32,000 nt of DNA from Paracoccus suum (GCF_003324675.1 NZ_CP030918.1:1620001-1652000), one strand, 5' to 3'. Shown: positions 8,806 to 22,728, numbered from the stretch's first letter. Numbers and translations: made by a program. Notes: generated from the sequence alone by a model not told the origin.

Positions 8806-8834
8806 TTAACCACGGCGGGTTAATGAAGGGTTAA
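8806..8834 (-). promoter_or_regulatory. Candidate CtrA binding sites: a full TTAA-N7-TTAAC box plus a TTAACC half-site
   Basis: TTAA occurs at 8806-8809, 8820-8823 and 8831-8834. In the direction of the downstream SYLF gene the sequence is TTAAcccttcaTTAACccgccgtggTTAAC. The sites lie 121-149 nt upstream of the SYLF start in an otherwise very TTAA-poor window. Confidence 0.4.
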
Positions 8835-8906
8835 TCGGGGAAAGGACGGCCGATGATTTTTGCGAGGCCACGGCACTGCTGCAAGATTGCCCCAGCTGGC
8901 CGCAGG

Positions 8907-9353
8907 CTATCGCGCCGCAATCATCAGGGCGCGGTCCAGCGCCTGCAAAAAGCGCGATCGGTCGGCCTTGGTAAAGCCCGATCCACCGCCGCGCATGAAC
9001 GGGTCGGCGGCGCGCAGGTCGGCCATCAGATCCCGGGCCGCCAATTGCGGGCCGATATTGGCCGCTGTCAGGAAATCACCGTTTGGACGCAGCACCTGCG
9101 CGCCCGCCTTCACGCAGCGGTCGGCCAGCGGCATGTCGGTGGTCACAACCACATCGCCGGGCCCGCACTGATCGGCGATCCAGCGGTCGGCTTCGTCCGG
9201 TCCTTCGGGCACTATCCTTAGGCTGACCAGCGGGTTGGCCGAGGGACGGATGCCGCCATTGCAGACCATGACGACCGGTACCCCGTGACGCGTCGCGACA
9301 CGCTCGACCTCGGCGCGGACGGGACAGGCGTCCGCATCGACGTAGACGGTCAT
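8907..9353 (-). CDS. yaiI: YaiI/YqxD family protein (UPF0178/DUF188), function unknown
   Basis: Last 148 codons of ORF 8907..9605(-), from ATG at complement 9351-9353: [34 protein letters not shown]...[12 protein letters not shown]. The N-terminal [10 protein letters not shown] motif is typical of this family. Confidence 0.82.
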   Translation of the reverse strand: MTVYVDADACPVRAEVERVATRHGVPVVMVCNGGIRPSANPLVSLRIVPEGPDEADRWIADQCGPGDVVVTTDMPLADRCVKAGAQVLRPNGDFLTAANIGPQLAARDLMADLRAADPFMRGGGSGFTKADRSRFLQALDRALMIAAR

Positions 9354-9387
9354 CGCGGTTGCCACAGGGTGGCGTGAAGGGCGGCAA

Positions 9388-13008
<3,621 letters not shown>

Positions 13009-13045
13009 GTCGGGTGACCTGTGGTCCACGCGCCGGGGTGTCAAG

Positions 13046-13621
13046 TCACAGGCCGTTCGGATGGGTCAGGTTCCACACGACCCCCCACCACGTCGCGATG
13101 GCGACGGCCAGCACCGACAGACCCGTGCCGAGCCAGCGATGGCGCATCAGGCGCGCGGCCGCCGTGCTCGCGGCATCGCGCACGGGCATTTCGCCACGGC
13201 GCGCGGCGTCCAGCATCAAGGTCAGGCGGCGGGCGAGGCCAATGCGGATCGCGCCGAGCAGTGCCAGAGGAGCGAGCAGCAGCGTTGCCGCCTGGGCCGT
13301 CTGGCTGCCGTAGGCAAAGCCAAGCAGCGCCAGCACGGTGAGGCCAAAAGCGCAGATCGCAAGGCCGATCGGCCCCTCGACGGGCGTCAGTCGCCAGCGG
13401 GGCAGGCAGAGGGACAGCCAGTCCAGCAGCACCAGCGCCTCGGGCGGGGTGTCGGCGTCGCCGCCTCGCAGAGCCCGGCGCGCGCGCAGCACGATGTCGG
13501 CTGGCACGCCGAGCGGCGCACGGTTGGCCAGCGCCCAGGCCCCGGCCAGCATCAGCCAGTACCAGAGCGAGGTGAAGGCGCGGGTATCGAGCAGGCTCAG
13601 AAGGCCATCGGGACGAAACAA
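13046..13621 (-). CDS. Hypothetical integral membrane protein (about 4 predicted TM segments)
   Basis: 191-aa ORF with strongly GC-rich third positions and hydrophobic stretches (FTSLWYWLMLAGAWALA, GPIGLAICAFGLTVLALLGFAY, LLLAPLALLGAIRIGLA, LSVLAVAIATWWGVVW). The only upstream canonical start is TTG at 13621 with no SD; the next ATG is codon 24. The start is therefore uncertain. Confidence 0.6.
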   Translation of the reverse strand: MFRPDGLLSLLDTRAFTSLWYWLMLAGAWALANRAPLGVPADIVLRARRALRGGDADTPPEALVLLDWLSLCLPRWRLTPVEGPIGLAICAFGLTVLALLGFAYGSQTAQAATLLLAPLALLGAIRIGLARRLTLMLDAARRGEMPVRDAASTAAARLMRHRWLGTGLSVLAVAIATWWGVVWNLTHPNGL

Positions 13622-13756
13622 GGGAGGATCCGGTGATGCGATTCGCGCGCAGCCTAAGCCAGCGCACCGGCAAGGGAAACGCCCCTCCCTTGCGGCAGGA
13701 TGCGCTGGCGTGCCACCCTTGGCGCCGCCCCTCCCCTCACATCAAGACAATTGTCC

Positions 13757-14761
13757 ATGTCCCCCACGCCCATCGTCGCCCCGTTTCCCGCCGGCCGCCT
13801 GCGCCGCCTGCGCCGCACCGCCGCGTTGCGCGCGCTGACCGCCGAGGTCGGCCTCAGCGCCGCGAACCTGATCTGGCCGATATTCGTGACCGAGGTCGCA
13901 GGCGCCGAGGGGCCGATCGCCTCGCTGCCGGGGGTGGACCGGCTGACACTGGACGGCGCACGCCGCGCGGCCGAGCGGGCGATTGCGTTGGGCATCCCGG
14001 CCGTCTGCATCTTTCCCCATTCCGATCCCGACCAGAAAACCGACGGCTGCGAACGGGCCTGGGACCCGGACAACATCGGCAACCAGGCGATCCGCGCGAT
14101 CAAGAAAGTCGCGCCCGACCTGGCAGTGATGACCGATATCGCGCTCGACCCCTATAATGCCAACGGCCATGACGGTCTGGTGCGCGACGGGGTGATCCTG
14201 AACGACGAGAGCGTCGAGTGCCTGGTGCGGATGGCGCTGGCGCAGGCCGAGGCCGGGGCCGATATCCTGGGTCCCTCCGACATGATGGATGGCCGGATCG
14301 GTGCGCTGCGCGGCGCGCTGGAAGGCGCGGGCCACCGCGATGTCGCGATCCTGAGCTATGCCGCGAAATACGCCTCAGGGTTCTATGGTCCGTTCCGCGA
14401 CGCGGTTGGTGCCTCGGGGCGGCTGGTTGGCGACAAGAAGACTTACCAGATCAACCCCGCCAACCGCGACGAGGCCCTGCGCTGCGTTGCCAGGGACCTC
14501 GCCGAGGGGGCGGACATGGTGATGGTCAAGCCGGGGATGCCCTATCTGGACATCTGCCGCATGGTCCGCGACGCCTTCGCCGCCCCGACCTATGCCTATC
14601 AGGTGAGCGGCGAATACGCGATGATGGAGGGCGCGATCCGCCAAGGTTGGCTGAAGCGCGAGGTCGTGCTGGAGGCGCTGTTGTCCTTCCGCAGGGCCGG
14701 TTGCGACGGCGTGTTGACCTATTACGCGCCCGAGGCGGCGGAGTTGCTGGCGAAGGGGTAG
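13757..14761 (+). CDS. hemB: Porphobilinogen synthase (delta-aminolevulinate dehydratase), Asp-rich (non-zinc) type
   Basis: ORF 13700..14761(+), start trimmed to ATG 13757 (MSPTPIVAPFPAGRLRRLRRT...). Motifs: DIALDPYNANGHDG, GPSDMMDGRIGALR, SYAAKYASGFYGPFRDA, MVKPGMPYLD, YQVSGEYAM. Confidence 0.94.
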   Translation: MSPTPIVAPFPAGRLRRLRRTAALRALTAEVGLSAANLIWPIFVTEVAGAEGPIASLPGVDRLTLDGARRAAERAIALGIPAVCIFPHSDPDQKTDGCERAWDPDNIGNQAIRAIKKVAPDLAVMTDIALDPYNANGHDGLVRDGVILNDESVECLVRMALAQAEAGADILGPSDMMDGRIGALRGALEGAGHRDVAILSYAAKYASGFYGPFRDAVGASGRLVGDKKTYQINPANRDEALRCVARDLAEGADMVMVKPGMPYLDICRMVRDAFAAPTYAYQVSGEYAMMEGAIRQGWLKREVVLEALLSFRRAGCDGVLTYYAPEAAELLAKG

Positions 14762-14955
14762 GTGGGGGATAACCGCGCCGCGGTGCTGATGAGCCGACGT
14801 TCATTTTCACGAGGGGAATGGGCGAGGGCTCACGACTGCGAATCCCTGCCACGCGCAACCATAATGCGTGTCGCCTAACGCCGACGCGCTTCGCTTAACG
14901 GCGATTCCTTTGGCGCGAGAGCGATGCATCTTGGTTAGGAGCTGCCCATCTCGCT

Positions 14956-14985
14956 GAACGAGAGGTCGCCCCCCGACCGTCGTTC
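14956..14985 (+). other. Imperfect 11-bp hairpin inside the hemB-clpA spacer
   Basis: GAACGA-ga-GGTCG-ccccc-CGACC-g-TCGTTC: a 6-bp outer and a 5-bp inner helix around a C5 loop. It lies 33 nt upstream of the terminator hairpin. Confidence 0.5.
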
Positions 14986-15018
14986 GTCTCGCCCCCGGGC
15001 CCTGTCATTCAAAAGCAA

Positions 15019-15048
15019 ACGACGCCCCGAAGGGCGCCGTTTTTTTTA
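15019..15048. terminator. Bidirectional intrinsic terminator between hemB and clpA
   Basis: acgacgccc-cgaa-gggcgccgt: a 9-bp stem with one A/C mismatch. It is followed by T8 on the plus strand and by UUUGCUUUUG on the minus strand, and starts directly after the clpA stop codon (15049-15051). Confidence 0.78.
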
Positions 15049-17367
15049 TCATTCCGCCGTCAATAGCGGCGTTTCTTCCTTGGTGATCCGCGGCGTCGAG
15101 GGGCCGGTGATGTCGAAGGCGAGCTTGTCGTCCTCGAGCCGGACCCGCACGACCCCGCCCTTGGTCAACCGGCCGAACAGCAGCTCTTCGGCGAGCGGCT
15201 TCTTGATGGTCTCCTGAATCACGCGACCGAGTGGGCGGGCGCCCATCTTGTCGTCGTAACCCTTGTCGGCGAGCCATTCGGCAGCCTCCGGGGTCAACTC
15301 GATATGCACGCCGCGGTCGATCAGTTGCGCCTCGAGTTGCAGGACGAACTTTTCGACCACCTGGACGATCACCTCGCGCGAGAGCGGCGCAAAGCTGATG
15401 ACGGCATCCAGGCGGTTGCGGAACTCGGGCGTGAAGGTGCGCTCGATGGCCGCGGTGTCCTCGCCCTCGCGGCGGTCGCGGCCGAAGCCGAAGGCCGCCT
15501 TGGCCTGGTCCGCTGCGCCCGCGTTCGAGGTCATGATCAGGATCACGTTGCGGAAGTCCACCTGCCGCCCGTTGTGGTCGGTCAGTTTGCCGTGGTCCAT
15601 CACCTGCAGCAGGATGTTGTAGACATCCGGATGCGCCTTTTCAATTTCGTCGAGCAACAGCACGCAATGCGGATGCTGGTCGACGCCGTCGGTCAGCATC
15701 CCGCCCTGGTCAAAGCCGACATAGCCGGGCGGCGCGCCGATCAGGCGGCTGACCGCGTGCTTTTCCATGTATTCCGACATGTCAAAGCGCAGCAGTTCCA
15801 CCCCCAGCGTGCTCGCGAGTTGCTTGGCGACCTCGGTCTTGCCGACGCCCGTGGGGCCAGCAAACAGGTAGTTGCCGATCGGCTTTTCCGGCTCGCGCAG
15901 GCCAGCCCGGGACAGCTTGATCGCGGAGGCAAGCGCCGTGATCGCGGCGTCCTGGCCGAACACCAGCCGCTTGAGCGTCGCTTCCAGATCGCGCAGCACC
16001 TCGGCATCGTCCTTGCTGACGCTTTTCGGGGGAATGCGCGCGATCTTGGCAACCACGGCTTCGATCTCGCGCGGGCCGATCAGCTTGCGCCGCTTGCTTT
16101 CCGCCACGATGTGCTGGGCGGCCCCGGCCTCGTCGATCACGTCGATCGCCTTGTCGGGCAGCTTGCGGTCATGAATGTAGCGGGCCGACAACTCGACCGC
16201 CAGTTTGATCGCCTCGTTCGAATAGCGCAGGTCGTGGTGCTTTTCGAAGCTGGGCTTGAGGCCCATCAGGATCTTGATGGTGTCGGGCACCGACGGCTCG
16301 TTCACGTCAATCTTCTGGAACCGGCGCGACAGGGCGCGGTCCTTTTCGAAATGCTGGCGGAATTCCTTGTAGGTGGTCGAGCCCATGCAGCGCAGCTTGC
16401 CGCCGGCGAGCGCCGGCTTCAGCAGGTTGGATGCATCCATGGCCCCGCCCGAGGTCGCGCCGGCGCCGATCACGGTGTGGATCTCGTCGATGAAGAGGAT
16501 CGCATCAGGATGCTCTTCCAACTCCTTCACGACGGCCTTCAGCCGCTCCTCGAAATCGCCGCGATAGCGTGTGCCGGCCAGCAGCGAGCCCATGTCGAGC
16601 GAAAAGATCGTTGCGCCCTTCAGCACCTCGGGCGTCTCGCCGCGGGTGATCTTGAGCGCCAGGCCCTCGGCAATGGCGGTCTTGCCGACGCCCGGATCGC
16701 CGACCAGCAGCGGGTTGTTCTTCCGCCGGCGGCACAACACCTGGATACAGCGCTCGACCTCGCCCTGGCGGCCGATCAGCGGGTCGACGTCGCCTTCGGT
16801 CGCCTTGCGGTTCAGGTCGACGCAGTACTTGGCCAGCGCGCTTTCCGCGGCCTCTTCCTTGCGGCTTGACGCCTGCTGCTCGGTCTTTTCGCTGCCTTCG
16901 ACGCCCCGACGCTCGTTGAAGGCAGGGTTCTTGGCGACGCCATGGGCAATGAAGTTGACCGCATCATAACGCGTCATCTCCAGCTCTTGCAGGAAGAAGG
17001 CGGCGTTGCTTTCGCGTTCGGCAAAGATCGCGACCAGCACATTGGCGCCGGTTACCTCGGACCTGCCCGAGCTTTGGACATGGATCGCCGCCCGCTGGAT
17101 CACGCGCTGGAACGCTGCGGTCGGCACCGCCTCGCTGCCTTCGACATCCGTGACCAGCGTCGAGAGGTCGTCCTCGATGAACTCGACGAGCATCTGGCGC
17201 AGCTCGTCTAGGTCGAGGTTGCAAGCTTTCATCACCTTGATGGCATCGGGCTCTTCGGTGAGGGCGAGAAGCAGATGCTCTAGCGTCGCAAGCTCGTGGT
17301 GATGCTCGTTTGCGATGGCCAGGGCTGCGTGGATGGCCTGCTCCAGAGTAGTCGAGAATGATGGCAC
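15049..17367 (-). CDS. clpA: ATP-dependent Clp protease ATP-binding subunit ClpA
   Basis: 772 aa with a GTG start (complement 17365-17367) and AGGAGG 9 nt upstream. It has an N-terminal Clp repeat domain and two AAA+ modules: [15 protein letters not shown] / ILFIDEIHT and [15 protein letters not shown] / [11 protein letters not shown]. Confidence 0.96.
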   Translation of the reverse strand: MPSFSTTLEQAIHAALAIANEHHHELATLEHLLLALTEEPDAIKVMKACNLDLDELRQMLVEFIEDDLSTLVTDVEGSEAVPTAAFQRVIQRAAIHVQSSGRSEVTGANVLVAIFAERESNAAFFLQELEMTRYDAVNFIAHGVAKNPAFNERRGVEGSEKTEQQASSRKEEAAESALAKYCVDLNRKATEGDVDPLIGRQGEVERCIQVLCRRRKNNPLLVGDPGVGKTAIAEGLALKITRGETPEVLKGATIFSLDMGSLLAGTRYRGDFEERLKAVVKELEEHPDAILFIDEIHTVIGAGATSGGAMDASNLLKPALAGGKLRCMGSTTYKEFRQHFEKDRALSRRFQKIDVNEPSVPDTIKILMGLKPSFEKHHDLRYSNEAIKLAVELSARYIHDRKLPDKAIDVIDEAGAAQHIVAESKRRKLIGPREIEAVVAKIARIPPKSVSKDDAEVLRDLEATLKRLVFGQDAAITALASAIKLSRAGLREPEKPIGNYLFAGPTGVGKTEVAKQLASTLGVELLRFDMSEYMEKHAVSRLIGAPPGYVGFDQGGMLTDGVDQHPHCVLLLDEIEKAHPDVYNILLQVMDHGKLTDHNGRQVDFRNVILIMTSNAGAADQAKAAFGFGRDRREGEDTAAIERTFTPEFRNRLDAVISFAPLSREVIVQVVEKFVLQLEAQLIDRGVHIELTPEAAEWLADKGYDDKMGARPLGRVIQETIKKPLAEELLFGRLTKGGVVRVRLEDDKLAFDITGPSTPRITKEETPLLTAE

Positions 17368-17573
17368 GGGCCTGAGCCTCCTGTCAGTCGTCGCCGGCGG
17401 GTCTGGGCCACGATCAGCGGTCCACCTGTCCAGACTGTCACGATAGGTTTAAGATTTGTTTGCCGCACGTAGTGAGGCAAGAGATTTTTGCGTGGCACTG
17501 CATGAAATGCAGCGATTGGTGCAAATGTGAGCCTGCGCAGGGACGGTTTCAAGGGATGCGGGCGCAAGCCTCA

Positions 17574-18329
17574 TCACGATCTGTCCTTCATGCTTCGCAG
17601 GCGGGCAAAGGCGTCGACTTCCGGGTGGCCCTCCAGTCCCAGGCTAGGGGCAAGAGCAGCGGCGCGCAGAAAAGGGTTGGTCGCCAGCTCGACCGCGAGG
17701 GACTGTGGCGCGCAGGGCTTTTGACCGGCGGCGACCGCGTCGATGCGCGTACGCAGGGCGCTGTTGTCGGCGTCGACTGACAGGGCGAAGGCGCCATTTC
17801 CGGCGCAGTAATCATGCCCCGAGCAGACCAGTGTCTGTGGCGGCAGCGCGGCAAGGCGCTGCAGACTGGCCCACATCATCGGCGCATCGCCCTCGAACAG
17901 GCGGCCGCAGCCGAGGGCCATCAGGCTGTCGCCGGTCGCGACCATCTGCGCCTGCGGCAGATAGTAGGCGATGTGACCGCGGGTATGGCCGCCGGCATCG
18001 ATCACCTGCGCCTCCAGCCCTGCCAACTCGATCCGATCCCCCGGCGCGACCGTCCGGTCGAGTTTCGGCAGCCGGTGCGTGTCGGCGGCGGCGCCCACCA
18101 CCTCGGCGCCCGTTGCCGCCACGATCTCGGCCACCGCCTGGATGTGATCGTCGTGGTGATGCGTCAGCGCAATGACATCGAGGGTCCAGCCGCGCTCCTT
18201 TAGCGCCGCGAGGATCGGGGCGGCCTCGGGGGCGTCGAACAGGACCGTTTTGCCGCCGGCATGGACCAGATAAGCGTAATTGTCCGTGAGACAGCGCACA
18301 GTCACCAGCTGCGGGGTCGTCATTGGCAT
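17574..18329 (-). CDS. gloB: Hydroxyacylglutathione hydrolase (glyoxalase II)
   Basis: 251 aa. Motifs CLTDNYAYLVH and the metallo-beta-lactamase motif LTHHHDDH, plus GHTRGHIAYY. An alternative start sits two codons downstream (18323). Confidence 0.9.
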   Translation of the reverse strand: MPMTTPQLVTVRCLTDNYAYLVHAGGKTVLFDAPEAAPILAALKERGWTLDVIALTHHHDDHIQAVAEIVAATGAEVVGAAADTHRLPKLDRTVAPGDRIELAGLEAQVIDAGGHTRGHIAYYLPQAQMVATGDSLMALGCGRLFEGDAPMMWASLQRLAALPPQTLVCSGHDYCAGNGAFALSVDADNSALRTRIDAVAAGQKPCAPQSLAVELATNPFLRAAALAPSLGLEGHPEVDAFARLRSMKDRS

Positions 18330-18381
18330 TCCTTTCGTCCTTCGGCACAGTCAATGCGCCACAGAAGGGGGTCCGGGCGCA

Positions 18382-19161
18382 ATGCATCACGACGTGATCG
18401 ACCTGCGCGGCTTCTACTATTCCCGGGCGCTGGGTCGGGTGGTGCAGCGCATCCTACGTGACCGGCTGCAGGCGGCGTGGCCGGTCGGCAGCACCGCCGG
18501 CATGACGGTTGCCGGCTACGGCTTTGCGGTGCCGTTGCTGCGGCCCTACCTGGGGCGGGCGCGACGCGTTGTCGCACTGATGCCGGGCGAGCAGGGGGCG
18601 ATCCAGTGGCCCGTCGGCCTGCCGAACCATTCTGTCCTGACCGAGCCAGGCGCCTGGCCGATCGAGACCGGATCGATCGACCGGCTGGTGATCCTGCACG
18701 GGCTGGAGACGTCGGACCATCCCGCCGCCCTGCTGGCCGAGGCATGGCGCGTTCTGGGGCCGGGCGGTCGGATGGTGGTCATGGTTCCGAACCGCACCGG
18801 CCTCTGGGCGCGCAGCGAAGGCACGCCCTTTGGCACCGGCCGCAGCTATAGCGCGGGCCAACTGGAAAAGCAGGCCCGTGACGCAGGCTTCATTGCCGAG
18901 CGCAGCGGGGCGGCGCTCTATATCCCGCCGTCGGACCGGCGCTTCTGGCTGGGCAGCGCGCAGATATGGGAGCGGGCGGGCGCGCGGATCAGCTCCTTCC
19001 TTGTCGCCGGGGTGGTGCTGGCCGAGTTCACCAAGCAGGTGCGGGCGCCGCTTCCGCCGGGATCCAAGGTCCTGGTGCCCAGCCCGCTGGGGGTGCTGGA
19101 GGGGATCGCCCGTCCAGCCGCGATTCCGGGCACGTCCCCGCCCGCGCGTCGCGGCCCATGA
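18382..19161 (+). CDS. Class I SAM-dependent methyltransferase-like protein (divergent partner of gloB)
   Basis: ORF 18280..19161(+), trimmed to ATG 18382 (MHHDVIDLRGFYYS...) so that it does not overlap gloB. It contains DRLVILHGLE and VLGPGGRMVVMVPN. From memory, this divergent gloB/methyltransferase arrangement is common in alphaproteobacteria. Confidence 0.72.
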   Translation: MHHDVIDLRGFYYSRALGRVVQRILRDRLQAAWPVGSTAGMTVAGYGFAVPLLRPYLGRARRVVALMPGEQGAIQWPVGLPNHSVLTEPGAWPIETGSIDRLVILHGLETSDHPAALLAEAWRVLGPGGRMVVMVPNRTGLWARSEGTPFGTGRSYSAGQLEKQARDAGFIAERSGAALYIPPSDRRFWLGSAQIWERAGARISSFLVAGVVLAEFTKQVRAPLPPGSKVLVPSPLGVLEGIARPAAIPGTSPPARRGP

Positions 19162-19519
19162 GCCTGTCGGCGACCCCGAATCTGCCCTCTCGCGACTTCG
19201 CGAAGTCAGTAGAATTTTATGCCCGGCTGGGATTTTACGAGCGGTTCCGCGACGAGGGATGGATGATCCTCGGCCGCGACAATGCGGTCATCGAGTTCTT
19301 TCCCCATCCTCGCCTAGATCCCAAGGAAAGCTGGTTCAGCGCCTGCCTGCGAACCGAGGCGCCGGGCGCACTCGATTCGATCTTCGCGTCGCTTGCGCTT
19401 GCGGAGTTACCGGAACGCGGGATTCCACGACTGACGCCGCCCTGCGACATCACGCCCGGGCTGCGGATGTTGCCGTGATCGACTGTGATGGCTCGCTGTT
19501 GCGCTGGATCGGGCCCTGA
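19158..19519 (+). pseudogene. Ble/glyoxalase-like VOC family protein gene with an apparent single-base frameshift near its 3' end
   Basis: The ATG at 19158 overlaps the methyltransferase stop (ATGA). Translation MSLSATPNLPSRDFAKSVEFYARLGFYERFRDEGWMILGRDNAVIEFFPHPRLDPKESWFSACLR... closely parallels the Tn5 bleomycin-resistance protein as I remember it. The frame stops at 19476-19478 (..GLRMLP*). The conserved C-terminal strand (VAVIDCDGSLLRWIGP*) continues in another frame to 19519. Adding one T in ATGTTG (19467-19472) would join the two frames. Confidence 0.62.
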
Positions 19520-19726
19520 TGGTGCCCGGACGGGCGATTTTCCGCGCGACAAACAGGGTTGCGGCACGCGCTGCGATGTTGCGGACCCCGGCATGTGCTG
19601 TTAGAGACGCGCCAGATTTCGGCATGGACGACCTTATGGGCGTCAAGACCCCGCGACTGACCGGCCACCGACCCCAGGTTCGGCCGGCCCGGCCAGCGGG
19701 GCCATGCGTTAACGGGAAGGACGACC

Positions 19727-20286
19727 GTGGCCCAATCAGCTTCGATTTCCTCTGGTGTCGCCGGGCGTTATGCGCAGGCGCTGTTCGACATCGCGCGCCA
19801 GGACGGCAGCGTCGAACGTCTGTCCGGCGAGGTCAAGGCACTGACCGAGACCCTGGAGGGCAGTGACGAGCTGCGCGCCGCCCTCGCCTCGCCGGTGCTG
19901 ACCCGCGAGGACCAGGGCCGGGTCGTGTCCGCCGTTGCTGAACGCATGAACCTGTCCCCCGAGCTGAAGAACACCCTGGCCCTGATGGCCCAGAACCGCC
20001 GCTTGTTCGCGCTGCCCCATTTCCTGAAGGCGCTGGACCAACTGTCCGCCGACGCACGCGGCGAGGTCACGGCCGAGGTCGTCACCGCCCAGCCCCTGAG
20101 CGCCGAGCAGACCGAGCGTCTGATCCGCAGCCTGGGCGAGAAGTCCGGCAAGACCGTCAAGCTGAATGCCTCCGTCGATGAAAGCCTCATCGGCGGCATG
20201 ATCGTGAAACTGGGCTCGAAGATGATCGACACGTCGGTCCGCTCGCGCCTGTCCTCCCTGCAGAATACGATGAAAGAGGTCGGATA

Positions 20287-20287
<1 letters not shown>
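19727..20287 (+). CDS. atpH: F1 ATP synthase subunit delta (OSCP)
   Basis: 186 aa with a GTG start and GGGAAGGA upstream. Motifs: [13 protein letters not shown]...[26 protein letters not shown]. The stop overlaps the atpA start (TAATG). Confidence 0.93.
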
Positions 20288-21825
<1,538 letters not shown>

Positions 21826-21837
21826 GGGACATAGGGG

Positions 21838-22719
21838 ATGCCAAGCCTCAAGGACCTCAAGAACCGGATCCAGAGCGTCAAGAACACGCGAAAGATCACC
21901 AAGGCGATGCAAATGGTCGCCGCCGCCAAACTGCGCCGCGCGCAGGAGGCGGCGGAGGCTGCGCGCCCTTATGCCGACCGCATGGCAGCCGTCATGGCCG
22001 GGCTGACCACGGGTTCGGTCGGCTCCGACAGCGCGCCGCGCCTGCTGACCGGGACCGGCAGCGATCAGCGTCACCTGCTGGTGGTGCTGACCTCCGAGCG
22101 GGGTCTGGCCGGCGGCTTCAACAGCGCCATCGTCAAGCTGGCACGGCTGGAGGCGCAAGCCCTGGCCGCCAAGGGCAAGGACGTGACTATCGTCACGGTC
22201 GGCAAGAAGGGCCGCGAACAGCTAAAGCGTGAATACGCCAGCAGCTTCCAGCGCCACTTCGACCTGAGCGAGCTGAAGGCGGTGAACTATGCCACCGCCC
22301 GCGAGATCGCCGAGGACATCCTCGAGCGGTTCGAGGCCGGCAATTTCGACGTCGCGACCCTCTATTACAACACCTTCCAGAGCGTGATCGCGCAGGTCCC
22401 GACCTCGCGCCAGATCATCCCCGCCGTGGTCCCTGAAGGGGCTGGCGAGGTTGGCGGGGCAACCGCGCTCTATGACTACGAGCCGGGCGAGGACGTGATC
22501 CTGCACGACCTGCTGCCGCGTTCGGTGGCGACCCAGGTGTTTGCCGCGCTGCTGGAAAACGCCGCGTCCGAGCAGGGCGCGCGGATGACGGCCATGGACA
22601 ACGCCACGCGCAACGCCGGTGACATGATCGACCGCCTGACGACGCAGTACAACCGCTCGCGCCAGGCCGCGATCACCAAAGAACTGATCGAAATCATTTC
22701 GGGCGCCGAAGCGCTCTGA
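21838..22719 (+). CDS. atpG: F1 ATP synthase subunit gamma
   Basis: 293 aa. N-terminus [36 protein letters not shown]; C-terminus [19 protein letters not shown]. Confidence 0.96.
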   Translation: MPSLKDLKNRIQSVKNTRKITKAMQMVAAAKLRRAQEAAEAARPYADRMAAVMAGLTTGSVGSDSAPRLLTGTGSDQRHLLVVLTSERGLAGGFNSAIVKLARLEAQALAAKGKDVTIVTVGKKGREQLKREYASSFQRHFDLSELKAVNYATAREIAEDILERFEAGNFDVATLYYNTFQSVIAQVPTSRQIIPAVVPEGAGEVGGATALYDYEPGEDVILHDLLPRSVATQVFAALLENAASEQGARMTAMDNATRNAGDMIDRLTTQYNRSRQAAITKELIEIISGAEAL

Positions 22720-22728
22720 CCGCACTGA

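Noticed and set aside
13633-14157. 174-aa plus-strand ORF that begins behind a strong AGGGAGGA Shine-Dalgarno sequence
   Set aside because: It runs out of frame through the first 400 nt of hemB and encodes Arg/Pro-rich low-complexity sequence, so I treat it as a shadow ORF. The SD-ATG itself is noted under the hemB leader finding.
14834-14861. gactgcgaatccctgccacgcgcaacca resembles a tRNA T-loop/acceptor 3' end (a possible tRNA gene or att-site remnant)
   Set aside because: The flanks do not form a T-stem (ACGAC does not pair with CCCTG), and there is no acceptor partner, anticodon arm or proper CCA context. No integrase or duplicated copy is nearby.
17449-17463. TTAAgatttgtTTGC upstream of clpA as a CtrA box
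   Set aside because: Only one half matches; the second half has two mismatches out of four. It is too weak to call on its own and is mentioned only within the clpA leader finding.
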